In this document: piece after piece, positions 35,084-45,615 of the stretch
Numbering within the stretch: position 1 is the first letter of the stretch
Layout: every line of letters begins with the position of its first letter
Assembly: GCA_903941205.1 (NCBI GenBank)
Contig: CAJAOB010000396.1
Location: forward strand, 1 to 47,822
Reading direction: 5' to 3'
DNA: 47,822 nt
DNA from: an uncultured Burkholderiales bacterium
Lineage (GTDB): Bacteria; Pseudomonadota; Gammaproteobacteria; Burkholderiales; Burkholderiaceae_C
Notes under the pieces: model-generated
What the model was told of the DNA's origin: nothing
Seen by the model: only the letters and a program-made list of their open reading frames with translations
Databases searched by the model: none
Translations under genes and position numbers: made by a program

Positions 35084-37213
35084 ATGCCCATGAGCTCAGA
35101 GTCGGGCGCGGTGTCGACTGCCGCATCCAGATCGGCGTTCAGGCTGGCCTTGAACGTGGTTTACCGTTGGTATGCGGCCGGTTTTTTCGCCTTCGTTGTG
35201 CTGTTGGCAATGCTGGAGCAACTGGGCCTCTCGCGGCAGTGGATCGGCCTGATTTTTTTGCTCGCCACCATCGCGCTTTATGCCGGCATCGGCATCATGA
35301 GCCGGACCACCGACGCGGCGGAGTACTACGTGGCGGGCCGCCGGGTGCCGGCGGTCTACAACGGCATGGCGACCGGTGCCGACTGGATGTCTGCGGCGTC
35401 GTTCATTGGCCTGGCCGGAACGCTCTACCTCACGGGCTTCAATGGCCTGGCCTTCATCATGGGCTGGACCGGTGGCTATTGCCTGGTGGCTTTTCTCCTG
35501 GCGCCTTATTTGCGCAAGTTTGGCCAGTTCACCATTCCGGATTTTCTGGGCGAGCGTTACGGCGGCAACCTGCCGCGCATGCTTGGCGTCATGGCTGCCA
35601 TTCTGTGTTCTTTCACCTATGTGGTGGCGCAGATCTATGGGGTGGGCATCATCACCGCGCGATTGACCGGCGTGGCCTTTGAGTTGGGGATTTTCCTTGG
35701 TCTGGGCGGCATTTTGCTGTGCTCATTTCTGGGCGGCATGCGTGCCGTCACCTGGACTCAGGTGACTCAATACCTGGTGCTGATCGTGGCTTACTTGTTG
35801 CCCGTGGTGTGGTTGTCCGTCAAACAAACCGGCGTGCCGGTCCCGCAGGTGATTTATGGCTACCAGTTACAGAAAGTCAGCGCGCGGGAAGCCGAATTGA
35901 GTCTTGATCCCACGGAGGTCCAGGTGCGGGAGGTCTTCAAGCAGCGATCCTCTGATCTGACCGCCAAACTGCTGGACCCGGCAGCCGCATTGACAGCGGA
36001 CCGGGCCCGCGCCACCAGAGCGCTGGCCGAACTGAAGGCTTCAGATGCGCCCCTGGCCGAAATTTATGCCGCCGATCGTGCGCTTTCTGCCCTGCCTAAA
36101 ACACCAGGTGCCGCGCTCACAGCCTGGGAGTTGGCCAAGGCAGAAGCCGATGCGAAGTCCAAGCCGCTCAATGGCATGCCGCCGCATGCGCAGCAATTTG
36201 CCGGTGATCCGGCCGGCGACGCCAAGGCTCGGGAGGAGTTCGACGTGTCGCGTCGAAATTTCCTTGCGCTGGTGTTTTGCCTGATGGTCGGGACGGCGGC
36301 GCTGCCGCACATCCTGATTCGCTATTACACGGTACCCAGCGTCAAGGAGGCGCGGCAATCTGTGGCCTGGTCGCTGCTTTTTATCGTCTTGCTCTACCTG
36401 ACGGCGCCAGCGCTGGCCGTGTTGGTGAAATACGAGGTGTTCACCCTGGTGGTTGGCACGCCGTTCAATCAACTGCCTGAATGGATCACCGCCTGGAACA
36501 AGGTAGACCCCACCTTGTTGTCAGCGGTGGATGTGAACCGGGACGGTATCTTGCAACTCAACGAGCTTTCCATTGGCGGCGACATCATCATGCTGGCCGC
36601 ACCGGCCATTGGCGGCATGCCTTATGTCGTTTCCGGTCTGGTGGCTGCTGGCGGCCTGGCGGCGGCCTTGTCTACAGCCGATGGCTTGCTGCTGACGATT
36701 GCAAGCGCGCTCAGCCACGACGTTTACTACAAGATGATCGACCCGAACGCCTCGACCGCCCGGCGCGTCACCTTGTCCAAGGTGCTGCTGCTGGTGGTCG
36801 CACTGGGAGCCGCCTATGTTGCATCGCGCAAGCCCGCCGACATCTTGTTTCTGGTGTCGGCGGCCTTCTCATTCGCTGCATCGGCTTTTTTCCCGGCCCT
36901 GACGCTGGGCATATTCTGGAAACGGGCAACCGGTGTGGCTGCGTCCCTGGGTATGGTCGCGGGTCTTGGCACCACGCTGGTTTACATGACTCTGACCCAG
37001 CCGTGGATGCGATCCCTGTTCGGTGTGACCCGGCCGATTGAGCTGTGGTGGGACATTCAACCGATCTCGGCGGGAATTTTTGGCGTGCCAGTCGGTTTTG
37101 CGGTCATTGTTCTGGTGAGCTGGGTCACCAGACGCCCCGATACCGCGGTGCTGGACCTGGTGGACCATGTGCGCTATCCGGCCCTCAAGGCTCCGGAGCA
37201 AGGGCAGGACTGA
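35084..37213 (+). CDS. Sodium/solute symporter, ActP-like (VC_2705-type subfamily)
   Basis: YYVAGR, NGMATGADWMSAASF, GGMRAVTWTQV, GTAALPHIL and AAALSTADGLL; GAGGAG SD before ATG 35084. Confidence 0.88.
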   Translation: MPMSSESGAVSTAASRSAFRLALNVVYRWYAAGFFAFVVLLAMLEQLGLSRQWIGLIFLLATIALYAGIGIMSRTTDAAEYYVAGRRVPAVYNGMATGADWMSAASFIGLAGTLYLTGFNGLAFIMGWTGGYCLVAFLLAPYLRKFGQFTIPDFLGERYGGNLPRMLGVMAAILCSFTYVVAQIYGVGIITARLTGVAFELGIFLGLGGILLCSFLGGMRAVTWTQVTQYLVLIVAYLLPVVWLSVKQTGVPVPQVIYGYQLQKVSAREAELSLDPTEVQVREVFKQRSSDLTAKLLDPAAALTADRARATRALAELKASDAPLAEIYAADRALSALPKTPGAALTAWELAKAEADAKSKPLNGMPPHAQQFAGDPAGDAKAREEFDVSRRNFLALVFCLMVGTAALPHILIRYYTVPSVKEARQSVAWSLLFIVLLYLTAPALAVLVKYEVFTLVVGTPFNQLPEWITAWNKVDPTLLSAVDVNRDGILQLNELSIGGDIIMLAAPAIGGMPYVVSGLVAAGGLAAALSTADGLLLTIASALSHDVYYKMIDPNASTARRVTLSKVLLLVVALGAAYVASRKPADILFLVSAAFSFAASAFFPALTLGIFWKRATGVAASLGMVAGLGTTLVYMTLTQPWMRSLFGVTRPIELWWDIQPISAGIFGVPVGFAVIVLVSWVTRRPDTAVLDLVDHVRYPALKAPEQGQD

Positions 37214-37257
37214 GGGCCCTGAAAGCGCTGCGGTGGGCTCAGTCTGACCAGCTTTAT

Positions 37258-37286
37258 TTAGTCCCGCTTGCGGCGCGGGCTATAAT
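37258..37286 (+). promoter_or_regulatory. Probable sigma70 promoter of the rpsF operon
   Basis: Perfect -10 TATAAT at 37281-37286 with TTAGTC 17 bp upstream. Confidence 0.6.
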
Positions 37287-37293
37287 CGGGGGC

Positions 37294-37349
37294 TTCGCCT
37301 TGCTGCACCCTAACGACGCTGGGGCAGCTTTTATTAACCAAAAGGAGAG
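37294..37349 (+). promoter_or_regulatory. Probable S6:S18 ribosomal-protein leader
   Basis: CCTT can pair with the SD (AAGG); inner stem GCTGC...GCAGC; unpaired TAACC before the SD. Same layout as the known rpsF autoregulatory leader. Confidence 0.6.
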
Positions 37350-37352
37350 TTT

Positions 37353-37721
37353 ATGCGTCATTACGAAATCATATTGATGATCCATCCGGATCAAAGCGAG
37401 CAGGTCCCGGCCATGCTGGAGCGTTACAAGAGCATGATCACCGCAGGTGGCGGCAAAGTGCATCGCGTCGAGGACTGGGGCCGCCGTCAATTGGCTTACC
37501 TGATCCAGAAGCTGGCCAAAGCTCACTACATTTGCATCAACATTGAAGCCAGTCAGGCCGTCATGGACGAAATCGAGCATGCGTTCAAGTTCAATGACGC
37601 TGTGCTGCGCCACATGACTGTGGTCAAGAAAAAGGCCGAAACCGGCCCGTCCCTCATGATGCGCAACGTCGAGCGGGAAGAAGCCCGTAAAACCCAGCAG
37701 GCTGAGTACGCAGCCTCTTGA
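37353..37721 (+). CDS. rpsF: 30S ribosomal protein S6
   Basis: [16 protein letters not shown] and [10 protein letters not shown]. Confidence 0.97.
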   Translation: MRHYEIILMIHPDQSEQVPAMLERYKSMITAGGGKVHRVEDWGRRQLAYLIQKLAKAHYICINIEASQAVMDEIEHAFKFNDAVLRHMTVVKKKAETGPSLMMRNVEREEARKTQQAEYAAS

Positions 37722-37769
37722 GGCGGACTGACCCTGTTGCACGCCACTGAGTGCTGCATTAGTTTTTGA

Positions 37770-38057
37770 GTGAACCATCTTGATTTGACGGCCAGTATTG
37801 CCGAGGCCAGCCCTCTGCGTTACACGCCAACCGGTCTTCCCGCTGTCAACTTTGTGCTCGATCACGAGTCTGAAGTCACTGAAGCAGGATCCACGAGGCA
37901 GGTCAAACTGAGCATCAAGGCAGTCGCCTTTGGAGTGCTGGCCGAACAAGCAGGCCGGCTTCCCTTGGGGCAGATCTTCAAGTTCAGCGGGTTTCTCATG
38001 AGCGCACGCACCAACAAGAGCGTTATCTTCCATATTCAAGAACTGAACACCCTTTAA
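37770..38057 (+). CDS. priB: Primosomal replication protein N
   Basis: LRYTPTGLP and LDHES; located between rpsF and rpsR; GTG start. Confidence 0.9.
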   Translation: MNHLDLTASIAEASPLRYTPTGLPAVNFVLDHESEVTEAGSTRQVKLSIKAVAFGVLAEQAGRLPLGQIFKFSGFLMSARTNKSVIFHIQELNTL

Positions 38058-38067
38058 GGAGTCCATC

Positions 38068-38352
38068 ATGCCCGGACCAAAACGTTTTAACAAAGACAAG
38101 CGCCCCAAGCGCAACACCCAATCCCTGTTGTTCAAGCGCAAGCGCTTTTGCCGCTTCACCGCTGCCGGTGTTGAAGAAATAGACTACAAGGACATCGATA
38201 CCTTGCGTGACTTCATCGCCGAAAACGGGAAAATCATCCCCGCCCGCCTGACCGGCACGCGCGCGATTTTTCAGCGTCAGATCAATACCGCCGTCAAGCG
38301 CGCTCGCTTCCTCGCGATGCTGCCTTACAGCGACCAGCACCGAACCCTATAA
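38068..38352 (+). CDS. rpsR: 30S ribosomal protein S18
   Basis: [16 protein letters not shown] and [11 protein letters not shown]. Confidence 0.97.
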   Translation: MPGPKRFNKDKRPKRNTQSLLFKRKRFCRFTAAGVEEIDYKDIDTLRDFIAENGKIIPARLTGTRAIFQRQINTAVKRARFLAMLPYSDQHRTL

Positions 38353-38364
38353 GGAGCACACAGC

Positions 38365-38817
38365 ATGCAAATCATTCTGCTCGACAAAGTCGTGAACTTG
38401 GGCAATTTGGGTGAAGTCGTGAAAGTCAAGGACGGTTACGCCCGCAATTTCCTGATCCCCTCCGGCCGCGCACGGCGCGCCACCGCTGCGGCTATCAAGG
38501 AATTCGAGGTCAAGCGCGCCGAACTTGAGAAAATTGCAGCGGCCAAGTTGGCTGAGTGCCAGGCTCAGGGCCAAAAGTTGGGCGGCACAGTCATCAAGCT
38601 GACGCAAAAGGCGGGCGTTGACGGCCGCTTGTTCGGCTCCGTGACGAATGCGGATATCGCTGCAGAACTCACCAAGCACGGGTTCCCTGTTGCCAAGTCC
38701 CAGATCCGCATGCCCAACGGTCCCTTGAAGATTGTTGGCGACCATCCAGTGAGCGTTGCCTTGCACACGGACGTCCTTGCCGACATTTCCGTCACGGTCT
38801 ATGGCGAAACCGCATAA
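38365..38817 (+). CDS. rplI: 50S ribosomal protein L9
   Basis: [12 protein letters not shown] and GRLFGSVT. Confidence 0.97.
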   Translation: MQIILLDKVVNLGNLGEVVKVKDGYARNFLIPSGRARRATAAAIKEFEVKRAELEKIAAAKLAECQAQGQKLGGTVIKLTQKAGVDGRLFGSVTNADIAAELTKHGFPVAKSQIRMPNGPLKIVGDHPVSVALHTDVLADISVTVYGETA

Positions 38818-38860
38818 GCGTTTTCTCGACGTGATTTAGTCACTCCAGCGTTTCTCGCGC

Positions 38861-38896
38861 CAAGTAAAAAGCCGCCGAAAGGCGGCTTTTTACTTG
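38861..38896. terminator. Bidirectional intrinsic terminator after rplI
   Basis: Perfect 16-bp inverted repeat CAAGTAAAAAGCCGCC-gaaa-GGCGGCTTTTTACTTG. Confidence 0.9.
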
Positions 38897-39132
38897 ATGG
38901 GGCTTGGCTTGGTCACAGCTGCGGTGTCAAGGCTTGTCCTGCGTGTGCAAGAAGGTGCCACGCAAGCAGCGGTCTAATTCTCTTGGTCTGGCCAAAACCA
39001 TGCGCGAGCATTCGCATTTGTTTTTCAGACCGATGCCAGCGGACGCGCCCGGATATTCTGGTTTTGCTCACGCAGCGGGTTTGCAGTGCAGACGCAGTCG
39101 AGGCCTGCCGAGCGCGCGCACTTGTCGCAAGC

Positions 39133-41160
39133 TCAGGCCATGCCTTGGTGCCGCATCAGGGCATCAATCGAAGGCTCGCGCCCACGAAAGGCCTTGAAGG
39201 ACTCCATGGCGGGGCGACTGCCGCCGGCTTCCAGAATCGCTTCGCGGTACCTGCGGCCGGTCTCGACGTTGGCCGCAGCGCCGCTGGCGGACTCTTCAAA
39301 GGCAGCGTACGCGTCGGCTGACAGCACTTCAGCCCATTTGTAGCTGTAGTAGCCGGCCGCGTAGCCACCGGAGAAGATGTGGCTGAAGGTGTGGGCCGGA
39401 CGGCTGTAGGGCGGTGCCTGAATGACCGCGACTTCCTCGCGGACTTCGGCCAGCAGGGCCATGACGTCCTTGCTGTCATCGCCCTGTGTATGCAGCAGCA
39501 TGTCAAACAGGGAAAATTCGACCTGACGAAGCGTCTGCATGCCGCTCTGGAAGTTCTTGGCGGCCGTCATCTTGTCGAACAGCGCGCGCGGCAAGGGCGC
39601 GCCGGTTTCCACATGGGCGGTCATGTGTTTGAGAACGTCCCATTCCCAGCAGAAGTTTTCCATGAACTGGCTTGGCAGCTCGACGGCATCCCACTCAACG
39701 CCGCTGATGCCGGACACGTCGCGCTCGTTGACCTGCGTCAGCATGTGGTGCAGGCCGTGGCCAAACTCGTGGAACAGCGTGGTGACGTCGTCATGCGTGA
39801 GCAGGGCCGGCTTGCCGGCCACCCCTTCGGCGAAATTGCACACCAGGTGCGCGACCGGGGTTTGCAACTGGCCTGTGTCGGGGCGCAGCCAGCGGGCGCG
39901 CACATCGTCCATCCAGGCGCCGCCGCGTTTGCCGGTGCGCGCTGGCTGGTCGAGGTAGAACTGACCCACAAGCTGGCCCTTGCGCTCGATGCGGTAGAAC
40001 TCGACCCCGGGCTTCCAGACGGGCGCGCTGTCTTTGGCCAGAGTGACTTCAAACAAGGTCTCGACGATTTTGAACAGGCCATCCAACACCTTGGGGCCGG
40101 TGAAATACTGTTTGACTTCCTGCTCGCTGAAGGCGTAACGCTCTTCCTTGAGTTTTTCGCCAATGTAGGCGTAATCCCAGGGCTGCGGGCTGGCCATGTT
40201 CAAGTGCTCCGCAGCGAAGGCACGCAGGTCGGCGACGTCTTTTTCAGCGTACGGTCGGGCGCGGCGCGCAAGGTCGCGCAGGAAGCTGATGACCTGACCG
40301 GGCGAGTCGGCCATCTTGGCCACCACGGAGACTTCGCCGAAATTCTTGTAACCCAGCAACCTTGACTCTTCAAGCCGCAAAGCAAGGATTTCCTTCATGA
40401 TGGCGCTGTTGTCGAAGCCGCTGTTTTCGGCGGGCGCCTGGTCGCTGGCCCGGGTGTTGTAGGCGCGGTAGAGTTTTTCGCGCAGAGCGCTGCCGTGCGC
40501 AAACTGCATCACCGGCAGATAGCTCGGCATTTTCAGCGTCAGTTTGTAGCCTTCCTTGCCTTCGGCCAAGGCTTGTGCGCGGGCTGAGTCCTGCACATCC
40601 TGGGGTACTCCGACCAGCTCGTCGGCTTCGGCGTAGTAGGCGAAGGCCTGGGTTGCGTCGAGCGCGTTCTCACTGAATTTTTGGCTCAGCTCAGCCTGTC
40701 GCTCCTGAATCTGTGCGAAGCGGTCGCGTGCCTCGCCGGTGAGTTCGGCCCCGGACAGGACAAAGTTGCGCACTGCGTTTTTGTGCGCCTGGCGCTGTTC
40801 CGCATTGAGCGCCTGAACGTCGATGGCCTTGTATTTGGCATAGAGCCGCTCGTCTGCGCCCAGGCGCGTCCAGAACTCTGTCACGCGGGGCAAGGCGGCG
40901 TTGTAGGCCGCGCGCAGCTCGGGCGTGTCCGCCACGCTGTTGAGATGACTGACGGCGCCCCAGGCGCGGCCGAGGTTTTCAGTCGCGACGTCCAGCACCT
41001 TGGCGATGTCGGTCCAGCCCGCCGGAAACTCGGGCTTTGTCACAGCTTCCAGCGCAGTTTTGGCTTGGGCCAGCAGCTCATCCATGGCCGGGCTGACGTG
41101 CTCGGGCTGGATCTGGTCAAAAAGGGGAAGAGGGGCGTTGGCTAGCAGTGGATTGGTCAT
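39133..41160 (-). CDS. prlC: Oligopeptidase A (M3 metallopeptidase)
   Basis: MTNPLL, KRGGAWMD, zinc motif FHEFGHGLHH, WDAVELPSQ and GYAAGYYSYKWAEVL. Confidence 0.93.
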   Translation of the reverse strand: MTNPLLANAPLPLFDQIQPEHVSPAMDELLAQAKTALEAVTKPEFPAGWTDIAKVLDVATENLGRAWGAVSHLNSVADTPELRAAYNAALPRVTEFWTRLGADERLYAKYKAIDVQALNAEQRQAHKNAVRNFVLSGAELTGEARDRFAQIQERQAELSQKFSENALDATQAFAYYAEADELVGVPQDVQDSARAQALAEGKEGYKLTLKMPSYLPVMQFAHGSALREKLYRAYNTRASDQAPAENSGFDNSAIMKEILALRLEESRLLGYKNFGEVSVVAKMADSPGQVISFLRDLARRARPYAEKDVADLRAFAAEHLNMASPQPWDYAYIGEKLKEERYAFSEQEVKQYFTGPKVLDGLFKIVETLFEVTLAKDSAPVWKPGVEFYRIERKGQLVGQFYLDQPARTGKRGGAWMDDVRARWLRPDTGQLQTPVAHLVCNFAEGVAGKPALLTHDDVTTLFHEFGHGLHHMLTQVNERDVSGISGVEWDAVELPSQFMENFCWEWDVLKHMTAHVETGAPLPRALFDKMTAAKNFQSGMQTLRQVEFSLFDMLLHTQGDDSKDVMALLAEVREEVAVIQAPPYSRPAHTFSHIFSGGYAAGYYSYKWAEVLSADAYAAFEESASGAAANVETGRRYREAILEAGGSRPAMESFKAFRGREPSIDALMRHQGMA

Positions 41161-41384
41161 ATCGTCAGGTAGGGGCGGTTAGCTCAAACTCAAACAAAAG
41201 GCTGGGCAAGCGGGGAAAAAACGTCTTTACAAGTGAGGACCGGCGAATGCGTCCATCAAGGCAATGAAGGGGCTGACAAGAAACCGAACGAAGTACCGGG
41301 GACTGAAGACGACCGCGGCCTGGAAGGCCAGCACCGACGGCTTGAAACCTTCAAGCCTTGCCGGTTGGCAACGCCGAGGCGGGC

Positions 41385-41861
41385 TCAATCCTGGGCGGAC
41401 TTCTTGGCGCTGCGCTGTTTGGGTTTTTTGGCGCGTCGAACGTTGCCGCCCGGCGTCAGGCGCTGGTTGCCAAGGACGCGAAGCACTTTGACTTCAGGTC
41501 GCTGGCCGTAGCGGCTGCTGTTTTTCAGCACTTTCACATCGCGCGGGCCGGCCATGCGGTCTTCGCTGACTTTCTTTTCCTTGGGCGGCATCGGCCGCCA
41601 CAGCACCAGCAGCTTGCCGATGTGCTGTATGGGCGCTGCGTTGAGCTCGTCAGCAAGGGTGTAAAAAATGCTCTCGCGGCCAGCGCGGTCGTCGGACAAC
41701 ACGCGAATCTTGATCAGGCCGTGGGCGTTGAGGGCGGCGTCAGTTTCCTTCTTGACGGCGTCTGTCAGTCCTTCCGAGCCAATCATGACGACCGGGTTGA
41801 GGTGATGCGCCTCTGCGCGGTGATCTTTGCGCTGGGCGGGGGTGAGCTTGATTTGGGACAT
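41385..41861 (-). CDS. yhbY: YhbY/CRS1 RNA-binding protein with basic C-terminal tail
   Basis: [18 protein letters not shown] and [11 protein letters not shown]; divergent from rlmE. Confidence 0.9.
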   Translation of the reverse strand: MSQIKLTPAQRKDHRAEAHHLNPVVMIGSEGLTDAVKKETDAALNAHGLIKIRVLSDDRAGRESIFYTLADELNAAPIQHIGKLLVLWRPMPPKEKKVSEDRMAGPRDVKVLKNSSRYGQRPEVKVLRVLGNQRLTPGGNVRRAKKPKQRSAKKSAQD

Positions 41862-41915
41862 CCGGTAATTATCGGTGCTTCCGTGTTTACAACCTGCAAG
41901 GGGGACAATGGCGGC

Positions 41916-42602
41916 ATGAAAGTCAAGACGCAAAGCAAGAAGGTAAACAAGGCCTGGTTGAATGACCATGTCAACGATACCTACGTGAAACTGGCCAAGC
42001 AGGAGGGCTACCGGGCCCGGGCGGCCTACAAATTAAAAGAGATCGATGAAAGTCTGGGTCTGATCAAGCCTGGTTACACGGTGGTTGACTTGGGCAGCGC
42101 ACCCGGCGCATGGAGCCAGTACGCGCGGCGCCGGCTCTCGCCGGTCGGTGCGGCCGTCGGCGAGCTCAACGGCCGCATCATTGCGCTGGACATCTTGCCG
42201 ATGGACCCGGTCGAGGGGGTGGTTTTCATTCAGGGCGACTTCAGGGAGGCTGAGGTGCTGGCACAGCTTGAGCAGGCGCTCGACAAAACCCGCAAGGTCG
42301 ATGTGGTGATTTCGGACATGGCGCCCAACCTCTCGGGTATTGAAACGGCCGATGCCGCCCGAATCTCTCACTTGGTGGAGCTGGCCGTGGAGTTTGCGCA
42401 AAAGCACATGAAAGCGGACGGCGCGCTGGTGGTCAAGTTGTTTCACGGCAGCGGATACAGTGATCTGGTCAAGCTCTTCAAGTCGGTGTTCAGGGCGGTC
42501 AAGCCGTTCAAGCCAAAAGCTTCGCGCCCAGGCTCTTCAGAAACCTTCTTGATTGGTATGGGTTTGCGGGAAATGCCTCCGTCGGCGACACAATTGAGTT
42601 GA
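41916..42602 (+). CDS. rlmE: 23S rRNA Um2552 methyltransferase
   Basis: [25 protein letters not shown] and KASR...SSE. Confidence 0.94.
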   Translation: MKVKTQSKKVNKAWLNDHVNDTYVKLAKQEGYRARAAYKLKEIDESLGLIKPGYTVVDLGSAPGAWSQYARRRLSPVGAAVGELNGRIIALDILPMDPVEGVVFIQGDFREAEVLAQLEQALDKTRKVDVVISDMAPNLSGIETADAARISHLVELAVEFAQKHMKADGALVVKLFHGSGYSDLVKLFKSVFRAVKPFKPKASRPGSSETFLIGMGLREMPPSATQLS

Positions 42603-42670
42603 GCAGGTGCAAAATCTGCCAAAGTCCGCAATCCGGGGTGCCCAAGGGTGCAGGGCATAAAGCCTGTTCC

Positions 42671-42698
42671 CTTGAAACCCCTAAAATAAGCCGCATCT
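42671..42698 (+). promoter_or_regulatory. Probable sigma32 (RpoH) promoter for ftsH
   Basis: CTTGAAA-N13-CCGCATCT, close to the CTTGAAA...CCCCATNT consensus. Confidence 0.65.
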
Positions 42699-42727
42699 AC
42701 GTCCTTGTACCCTCAACGGAGTCTTCC

Positions 42728-44647
42728 TTGAACAATCAGTGGTTTTCGAAAATTGCGGTTTGGCTGGTGATTGCCATGGTGTTGTTCACCGTGTTCAAGC
42801 AATTTGACACACGATCCGGCGCCAGTTCCAACTACCTGGGGTATTCGGACTTTCTCGAAGAGGTCCGGGGCAAGCGAATCAAGACTGCAACCATCGCAGA
42901 AGGTCAGGGCGGCACCGAAATCGTCGCAGTGACCACGGATGATCGCCGGATTCGCACCACCGCCACTTACCTGGACCGCGGCCTGGTCGGCGACCTGATC
43001 GCCAATGACGTGAAATTTGACGTCAAGCCACGCGAAGAAAGCTCCCTGCTCATGACGTTGCTGGTCAGCTGGGGGCCGATGCTGCTCTTGATCGGCGTCT
43101 GGGTCTACTTCATGCGCCAGATGCAGGGCGGCGGCAAAGGCGGTGCTTTCAGCTTCGGCAAGAGCAAGGCCCGCATGCTTGACGAATCTACAAATACCGT
43201 GACTTTCGCCGATGTGGCTGGCTGCGATGAAGCCAAGGAAGAAGTCAAGGAAGTCGTCGATTTCCTCAAAGACCCTGCCAAGTTCCAGAAACTCGGTGGA
43301 CGCATCCCGCGTGGTTTGCTGCTGGTCGGCCCCCCGGGCACCGGTAAAACGCTGCTCGCCAAGGGAATCGCCGGCGAAGCCAAAGTGCCTTTCTTCTCGA
43401 TTTCCGGTTCTGATTTTGTTGAAATGTTTGTTGGCGTGGGCGCTGCCCGCGTGCGCGACATGTTCGAGAACGCCAAGAAAAACGCGCCTTGCATTATTTT
43501 CATCGACGAGATTGACGCAGTCGGTCGTCAGCGTGGCGCTGGCTTGGGCGGCGGCAATGACGAGCGAGAGCAAACTCTCAATCAGATGCTGGTCGAGATG
43601 GACGGTTTTGAGACCAATGTCGGCGTGATCGTGGTGGCTGCCACCAACCGCCCCGACATTCTGGACGCCGCCTTGCTGCGCCCGGGACGTTTTGACCGCC
43701 AGGTTTATGTGACGCTGCCCGATATTCGCGGCCGTGAACAGATTCTGAACGTGCACATGCGCAAGGTGCCGCTTGGACAGGACGTCAACGCCAGCATCAT
43801 TGCGCGTGGCACGCCCGGCATGTCTGGCGCTGACTTGGCCAACTTGTGCAACGAGGCAGCGCTGATGGCTGCGCGCCGCAACGCCCGTGTTGTCGAGATG
43901 CAGGATTTCGAGAAGGCCAAGGACAAGATCCTCATGGGCCCCGAGCGCAAGAGCATGGTCATGCCTGAAGAAGAGCGTCGCAACACCGCTTACCATGAGT
44001 CGGGGCACGCACTCATTGGCAAGTTGCTGCCCAAGTGCGACCCGGTGCACAAGGTCACCATCATCCCCCGCGGCCGTGCCTTGGGCGTGACCATGAGCCT
44101 GCCGGCGCAGGACCGTTACAGCTACGATCGCGAGTACATGCTCAGCCAGATCAGCATGTTGTTTGGGGGCCGGATTGCCGAGGAAGTGTTCATGAACCAG
44201 ATGACCACCGGGGCCAGCAACGACTTCGAACGCGCTACCTCGATTGCCCGCGACATGGTCACCCGTTACGGCATGACCGAAGCGCTCGGCCCCATGGTCT
44301 ACGCCGAAAACGAAGGCGAAGTGTTTCTCGGCCGCTCCGTGACCAAGACCACCAACATGAGCGAGCAGACCATGCAGAAGGTCGACCTGGAAGTACGGCG
44401 CATCATCGACATGCAGTACGACCTGGCACGCAAACTGATCGAAGACAACAAGGACAAGATGCACGCGATGGCCAAGGCGCTGATGGAGTGGGAAACCATT
44501 GACGTCGAGCAGCTGGATGACATCATGGCGGGCCGCGAGCCGCGCGCGCCCAAAGACTGGGTTCCGCGCAACCCTTCAGTCGGTGGCAACCCACCCGGTG
44601 GCGGAACGCCCGCTGTGACGCCTGATCCGGCGCCTACAGTCGCCTGA
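42728..44647 (+). CDS. ftsH: ATP-dependent zinc metalloprotease FtsH
   Basis: Two TMs, [23 protein letters not shown] and HESGH. TTG start at 42728 after GGAG. Confidence 0.96.
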   Translation: MNNQWFSKIAVWLVIAMVLFTVFKQFDTRSGASSNYLGYSDFLEEVRGKRIKTATIAEGQGGTEIVAVTTDDRRIRTTATYLDRGLVGDLIANDVKFDVKPREESSLLMTLLVSWGPMLLLIGVWVYFMRQMQGGGKGGAFSFGKSKARMLDESTNTVTFADVAGCDEAKEEVKEVVDFLKDPAKFQKLGGRIPRGLLLVGPPGTGKTLLAKGIAGEAKVPFFSISGSDFVEMFVGVGAARVRDMFENAKKNAPCIIFIDEIDAVGRQRGAGLGGGNDEREQTLNQMLVEMDGFETNVGVIVVAATNRPDILDAALLRPGRFDRQVYVTLPDIRGREQILNVHMRKVPLGQDVNASIIARGTPGMSGADLANLCNEAALMAARRNARVVEMQDFEKAKDKILMGPERKSMVMPEEERRNTAYHESGHALIGKLLPKCDPVHKVTIIPRGRALGVTMSLPAQDRYSYDREYMLSQISMLFGGRIAEEVFMNQMTTGASNDFERATSIARDMVTRYGMTEALGPMVYAENEGEVFLGRSVTKTTNMSEQTMQKVDLEVRRIIDMQYDLARKLIEDNKDKMHAMAKALMEWETIDVEQLDDIMAGREPRAPKDWVPRNPSVGGNPPGGGTPAVTPDPAPTVA

Positions 44648-44668
44648 TCTGGGCGCAAGTGCTGTGAC

Positions 44669-44696
44669 AACCGGGGCCTGGCCCCGGTTTTTCTTT
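44669..44696 (+). terminator. Intrinsic terminator after ftsH
   Basis: AACCGGGGC-ctg-GCCCCGGTT followed by a T-rich run. Confidence 0.75.
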
Positions 44697-44748
44697 AGGT
44701 GTCCGAATTTCAATTTCATCCGTAATCCAGCCCGTATCCGTACCTCTC

Positions 44749-45615
44749 ATGCGCACTGCGATTTGGCAAACCAGTCGTTTTCAGATTGACCTGTCGCGGC
44801 CTCGGGTCATGGGCATCGTCAATGCGACGCCGGACTCCTTTTCTGATGGTGGCAGCTATTTCTCCAGCGGCAGCCCGTCCGCGGTGCTCGCGCACTGCGA
44901 GCACCTGCTCAAGGAAGGTGCTGACATCCTGGACATTGGGGGCGAATCCACCCGGCCAGGCGCACTCGCCTTGCCTCTGGACGAGGAACTGGCGCGCGTT
45001 ATGCCTGTGGTGCGCCATGCGGTGTCGCTGGGTGTTCCGGTTTCCGTGGACACCTACAAGCCGGAGGTGATGCGGGCGGTACTCGATTTAGGCGCCGACA
45101 TCATCAATGACATCTGGGCTTTGCGACAGCCCGGAGCCTTGCAAGCCCTTGCCAGCCACCCCGCCTGTGGCGTCTGCCTGATGCATATGCATCGCGACCC
45201 GCAGACCATGCAGATTGCACCCATGGTGGGCGACGTGGTGTCGCAGGTGCGCGCGTTCTTGCGGGCCACAGCCCAAGGTCTGGCAGAGGCCGGCGTCGAT
45301 CATTCGCGCATCGTGCTCGATGCTGGCATCGGCTTTGGCAAGACCGTCCAGCAGAATTTTTCCTTGCTGCGCCATCAGTCCAAGCTGGTCGACCTCGGAT
45401 TTCCAGTGCTGGCCGGATGGTCGCGTAAATCTTCGCTGGCTACCGTTTGTGCCGAAGCAGCCGCTCCCTTGACATCGTTGCCGATGGCTGAGCGCGTTGT
45501 CCCCAGTGTGGCTGCTGCTTTACTTTCGGTCGAGCGTGGCGCGCGGATTGTGCGCGTGCATGATGTGCATCAAACGGTTCAGGCCCTCAAGGTCTGGACG
45601 GCGGCATCTGGCTGA
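44749..45615 (+). CDS. folP: Dihydropteroate synthase
   Basis: MGIVNATPDSFSDGG, DIGGESTRPG, SRKS and RVHDV. Confidence 0.95.
   Translation: MRTAIWQTSRFQIDLSRPRVMGIVNATPDSFSDGGSYFSSGSPSAVLAHCEHLLKEGADILDIGGESTRPGALALPLDEELARVMPVVRHAVSLGVPVSVDTYKPEVMRAVLDLGADIINDIWALRQPGALQALASHPACGVCLMHMHRDPQTMQIAPMVGDVVSQVRAFLRATAQGLAEAGVDHSRIVLDAGIGFGKTVQQNFSLLRHQSKLVDLGFPVLAGWSRKSSLATVCAEAAAPLTSLPMAERVVPSVAAALLSVERGARIVRVHDVHQTVQALKVWTAASG

Noticed and set aside
21601-38896. Two terminators sharing AAGTAAAAA...TTTTTACTT outer arms, as a possible REP/MITE family
   Set aside because: The GC stems differ, there are only two copies and no target duplications. Ordinary bidirectional terminators explain it.
41358-41915. 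Apparent 186-aa N-terminal extension of RlmE (and similar extensions of SurE, FtsH, CcmE and BciB in the ORF track)
   Set aside because: Artefacts of taking the farthest upstream start. The RlmE extension is the antisense of yhbY; the others overlap promoters or neighbouring genes.
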